A stretch of 63,908 bases of DNA, filler included, from Octopus bimaculoides (lineage: Eukaryota): NCBI RefSeq assembly GCF_001194135.2. It is 6 parts of 4 records of this genome, joined end to end, with 100 filler letters (N's around TTAATTAATTAA, not from the genome) between each part and the next. Parts side by side here need not be neighbours in the genome. Positions count along the whole stretch, not along the records: positions 60,753 to 62,676 come from NW_026423721.1; positions 62,777 to 63,908 come from NC_068981.1; 4 more parts are not named here. The stretch is one strand, 5' to 3'. Positions 60,895 to 63,908 of this stretch are shown here, piece by piece. The position numbers and the translations under genes were made by a program. Each line of letters begins with the position of its first letter. The first letter of the stretch is position 1. A model generated the notes under the pieces. The model did not search any database. It had not been told where the DNA came from and saw only the letters and a program-made list of their open reading frames with translations.

Positions 60895-61714
60895 AACAAC
60901 AAACAAGATGAGGACAAATGTAAATAATGTAAACAATTCCTCATCTCTTAAATATAGAACTGTATTGGTACAAGGTATTTTAAAGGTAGGGGTTCTCTGT
61001 ACATAATGGATTCGTTGAGTATATAAACAAATTGATCCTTGGGATTGGTCAAATTTATGTTGACACCTCTGATTAAAGAGCTAGTAAGGTGCGAAAATCG
61101 ATTAAGGCTCTTCATCAATTTTTCAATCTTCGAACATGTAGTTAATTTTCCCCCGTGTAAATATCTGCTACTTGGGTTACATGGATCAAGCCGATTTGTA
61201 TAAAAGGCCTGATGCGGTTAAACCACCGAGCTCTCTTTCTGGGACGAAGTAGAGAAACATCTCAGCTTGTTTCAACTGGCTCAGTGGAATTATCTTCTAT
61301 TTCTGTGTATGAAACGAGTATGTAGTATTCATAAGACCGTCATCACTTGTAGAGCTGGTCTTGGGTTCATATCACGAAAGAAGCATTGAAACTATTTAGA
61401 AAGCCAGGCAGCGTATGTAGAAAACTTGGCTAAATCTAGAGTTATCACATGTAGAAATGCGGCTTTATTCACTGCACAAAATCTGTCACTCTATGTTGTA
61501 TATCTTATGCTATAACAAAGAAAGTGTTAGGCAATGTATATACGAAAGAGATACGTTGTACGAGATAACACACATTCACATATGCAAGTGTGTATGTATT
61601 TATGTATGTATGTATGTATGTATGTATGTATGTATGTATGTATGCATGTGTTTGTCAGACTAACTAGATATATCTATTTGTCGATATCTATATATTTATG
61701 GCATATATATATAT

Positions 61715-61765
<51 letters not shown>

Positions 61766-62005
61766 ATTTATATGTATGTATATAAAGATGTATGTTTAAG
61801 TATATATATATATATGTGCTTATGTATAGATTTGTGTGCATATGCGTTGATGCTTGCATACATACACGCCAAAAACTACTGAGATAAGTCATTAGATTAA
61901 ATCGCCCTAAATAAAATCCTGTGTGTGTAGGTGTAAGCATGTGGTAGGTGCGTATGTATGTGCGCATTTGCGACTTGCTGTTCTGAGTCTCTCTCTCTCT
62001 ATCTA

Positions 62006-62079
<74 letters not shown>

Positions 62080-62644
62080 TTGTGATGAGATTGCGTTTGT
62101 GACGTTCATTGTGTTAAGATTCGGATAACCTAGAAATGTGTTAGAACGATAGTCGTTGACTATTTAGCAAGGAACATACTAAGTTATCTATCGTAAAGCA
62201 GGATTTGGAGAGGGATGGTTAATTGGGCGTGATTAGAGCTAACGTGATTTCCGTATGGATTATCTCCCTTAAAGAGATATATCAATGAATGCTTGTCACT
62301 TCAGCGCATGACAGTCATTCTTCAACCAATGATTGCTGAAAGATATATTCCTTAAGTTTTAATACTTAATACTAAACTGCTAGGTAGCAAAGAATAATGC
62401 TAACCCCCACCACACACACACACACACACACACGCAAACACTCACACACACATGCACACACAAGAGCGCATGCATACTAACATACTCGTATATATACATA
62501 TATATATGTATGTATGCACACGCATATACATACCCACAAGCTAATACTAAGACAAACATATCCATAAATACACTTAATTATATAGACACAAAAACACATA
62601 TAGTCGTACACGCAGATTCACGTGCAATCGCACACACACACACA

Positions 62645-62676
<32 letters not shown>

Positions 62677-63587
62677 NNNNNNNNNNNNNNNNNNNNNNNN
62701 NNNNNNNNNNNNNNNNNNNNTTAATTAATTAANNNNNNNNNNNNNNNNNNNNNNNNNNNNNNNNNNNNNNNNNNNNGTGTGCGTGCGATCACATTATATT
62801 ATTAATACAGAAGAATAGAGAAATATGATATGTAAGCCAAACTGAATGTAAACGACTGACTCCTCGCAATTTATAATTAAAAATGAAGTAGAAAATGAAA
62901 TATTGAACGGATAGCGTTTATTCTTTTCCCATGAGTTATTTAAATGGTGTATATATATATATATTAATGTTAGATAGTATTCAACTTTTCAATTTTGATA
63001 TTTCACTTAAAATTATTACATCATGTATTTGCCCTTTAGTTTCTTCGTCGCTGATATCAGTCGATTGCGATAAGGATTGGAATAAAAAAGACAGTTTACA
63101 ACTTTTACTATTCCCTTGTGTTAAAAGAAAATATTATTGGACAAGTATTTCTATTTAACAGTCGAAACTAATCCAAACATTTTCAGAGATAAGAAAAATG
63201 AAACATTCACATATATCATATTTGAGACTGAGGTAACAGTCAGCATATACAAGGAGTTACATTTATTCCTTAACAGTTTCTGCATTCTCATGTAGTTATT
63301 AAAATAAGTGTTTCATTCATTCTTTATCAATTTTTATATTCATCTATGAGAAAGAAAATGAACTAAATGCAAAAACTTATTTGCTACCGAAGCGAAACAG
63401 TGAGTCTCTAAGACGTCGGGCAAACGATGCTCCTACATGTATGTATATATGTATGTATGTAACTATATACTGTGTATATATGTATGTATGCATGTATGTA
63501 TGTATGCATGTATGTATGTAACCAGACTGACTTCTGTCTATCTCTCTCTCATATGTATGTCTATATGTGTGTATCTGTGTGTGTGTG

Positions 63588-63890
63588 AAGGCACATGACT
63601 CAGTGGTTAGAGCGTCAGGTTCACAATCATGTGGCAGGGAGTTCGATTCCTGGACTAGACTGTGTATGTTCTTGAGCAAACTCTTTATCTCACCTTGCTC
63701 CAGTTCACTCATCTGTAGAAATGGGTTGTGACGTGACTGGTGCCTTTGCCTTTGCTTGTTCCTTGGATAACGTTGGTGGCGTGGAGAAGGAAGACTGGTA
63801 TGCATGGGTGACTGCTGGTCTTCCATAAACAACCTTTTCCGGACTTAGGTGCAATCCCATGGCCATTCATGAACGGTCGGTGGGGTCCTT
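63588..63890 (+). mobile_element. tRNA-derived SINE family D
   Basis: TGACTCAGTGG A box, GAGTTCGATTCC B box, TTCTTGAGCAA..CAGTTCACTCATCTGTAGAAATGGG core-like domain. Confidence 0.75.
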
Positions 63891-63908
63891 TTATATATAT
63901 ATATGTGT

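Overview
AT-rich, microsatellite-dense animal genomic DNA with many N gaps. The repeat style suggests an octopus-like cephalopod, which is inference. One host gene is supportable: eight + strand coding exons (18122-30322) of a GLD-2/TENT2/PAPD4-type non-canonical poly(A) polymerase. All visible splice sites are GT-AG and phases match wherever both sides of an intron are visible. The 5' exons, including the GSS..GF..SDxD catalytic exon, were not found, and part of one exon lies in a gap. The rest is layered mobile DNA: two near full-length Tc1/mariner fossils with TIRs and TA duplications (each nested in a SINE), a hAT-Charlie/Buster transposase fossil, hAT, piggyBac-type and Tc1-type MITEs, RTE, R4/Dong and Penelope-like retroelement fragments, and several tRNA-derived SINE families, some in head-to-tail arrays. 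The most interesting signal is a small element with a Pol III (A/B box) tRNA-like head, an (AAT)n spacer and a minimal type I hammerhead ribozyme motif (38575-38840). A second copy sits at 60780-60960, and the two copies are damaged at complementary positions. Further hammerhead-like remnants and several near-perfect hairpins also occur. Most ORFs in the supplied track are microsatellite or gap artefacts. Repeat boundaries are approximate unless TIR or TSD positions are given.
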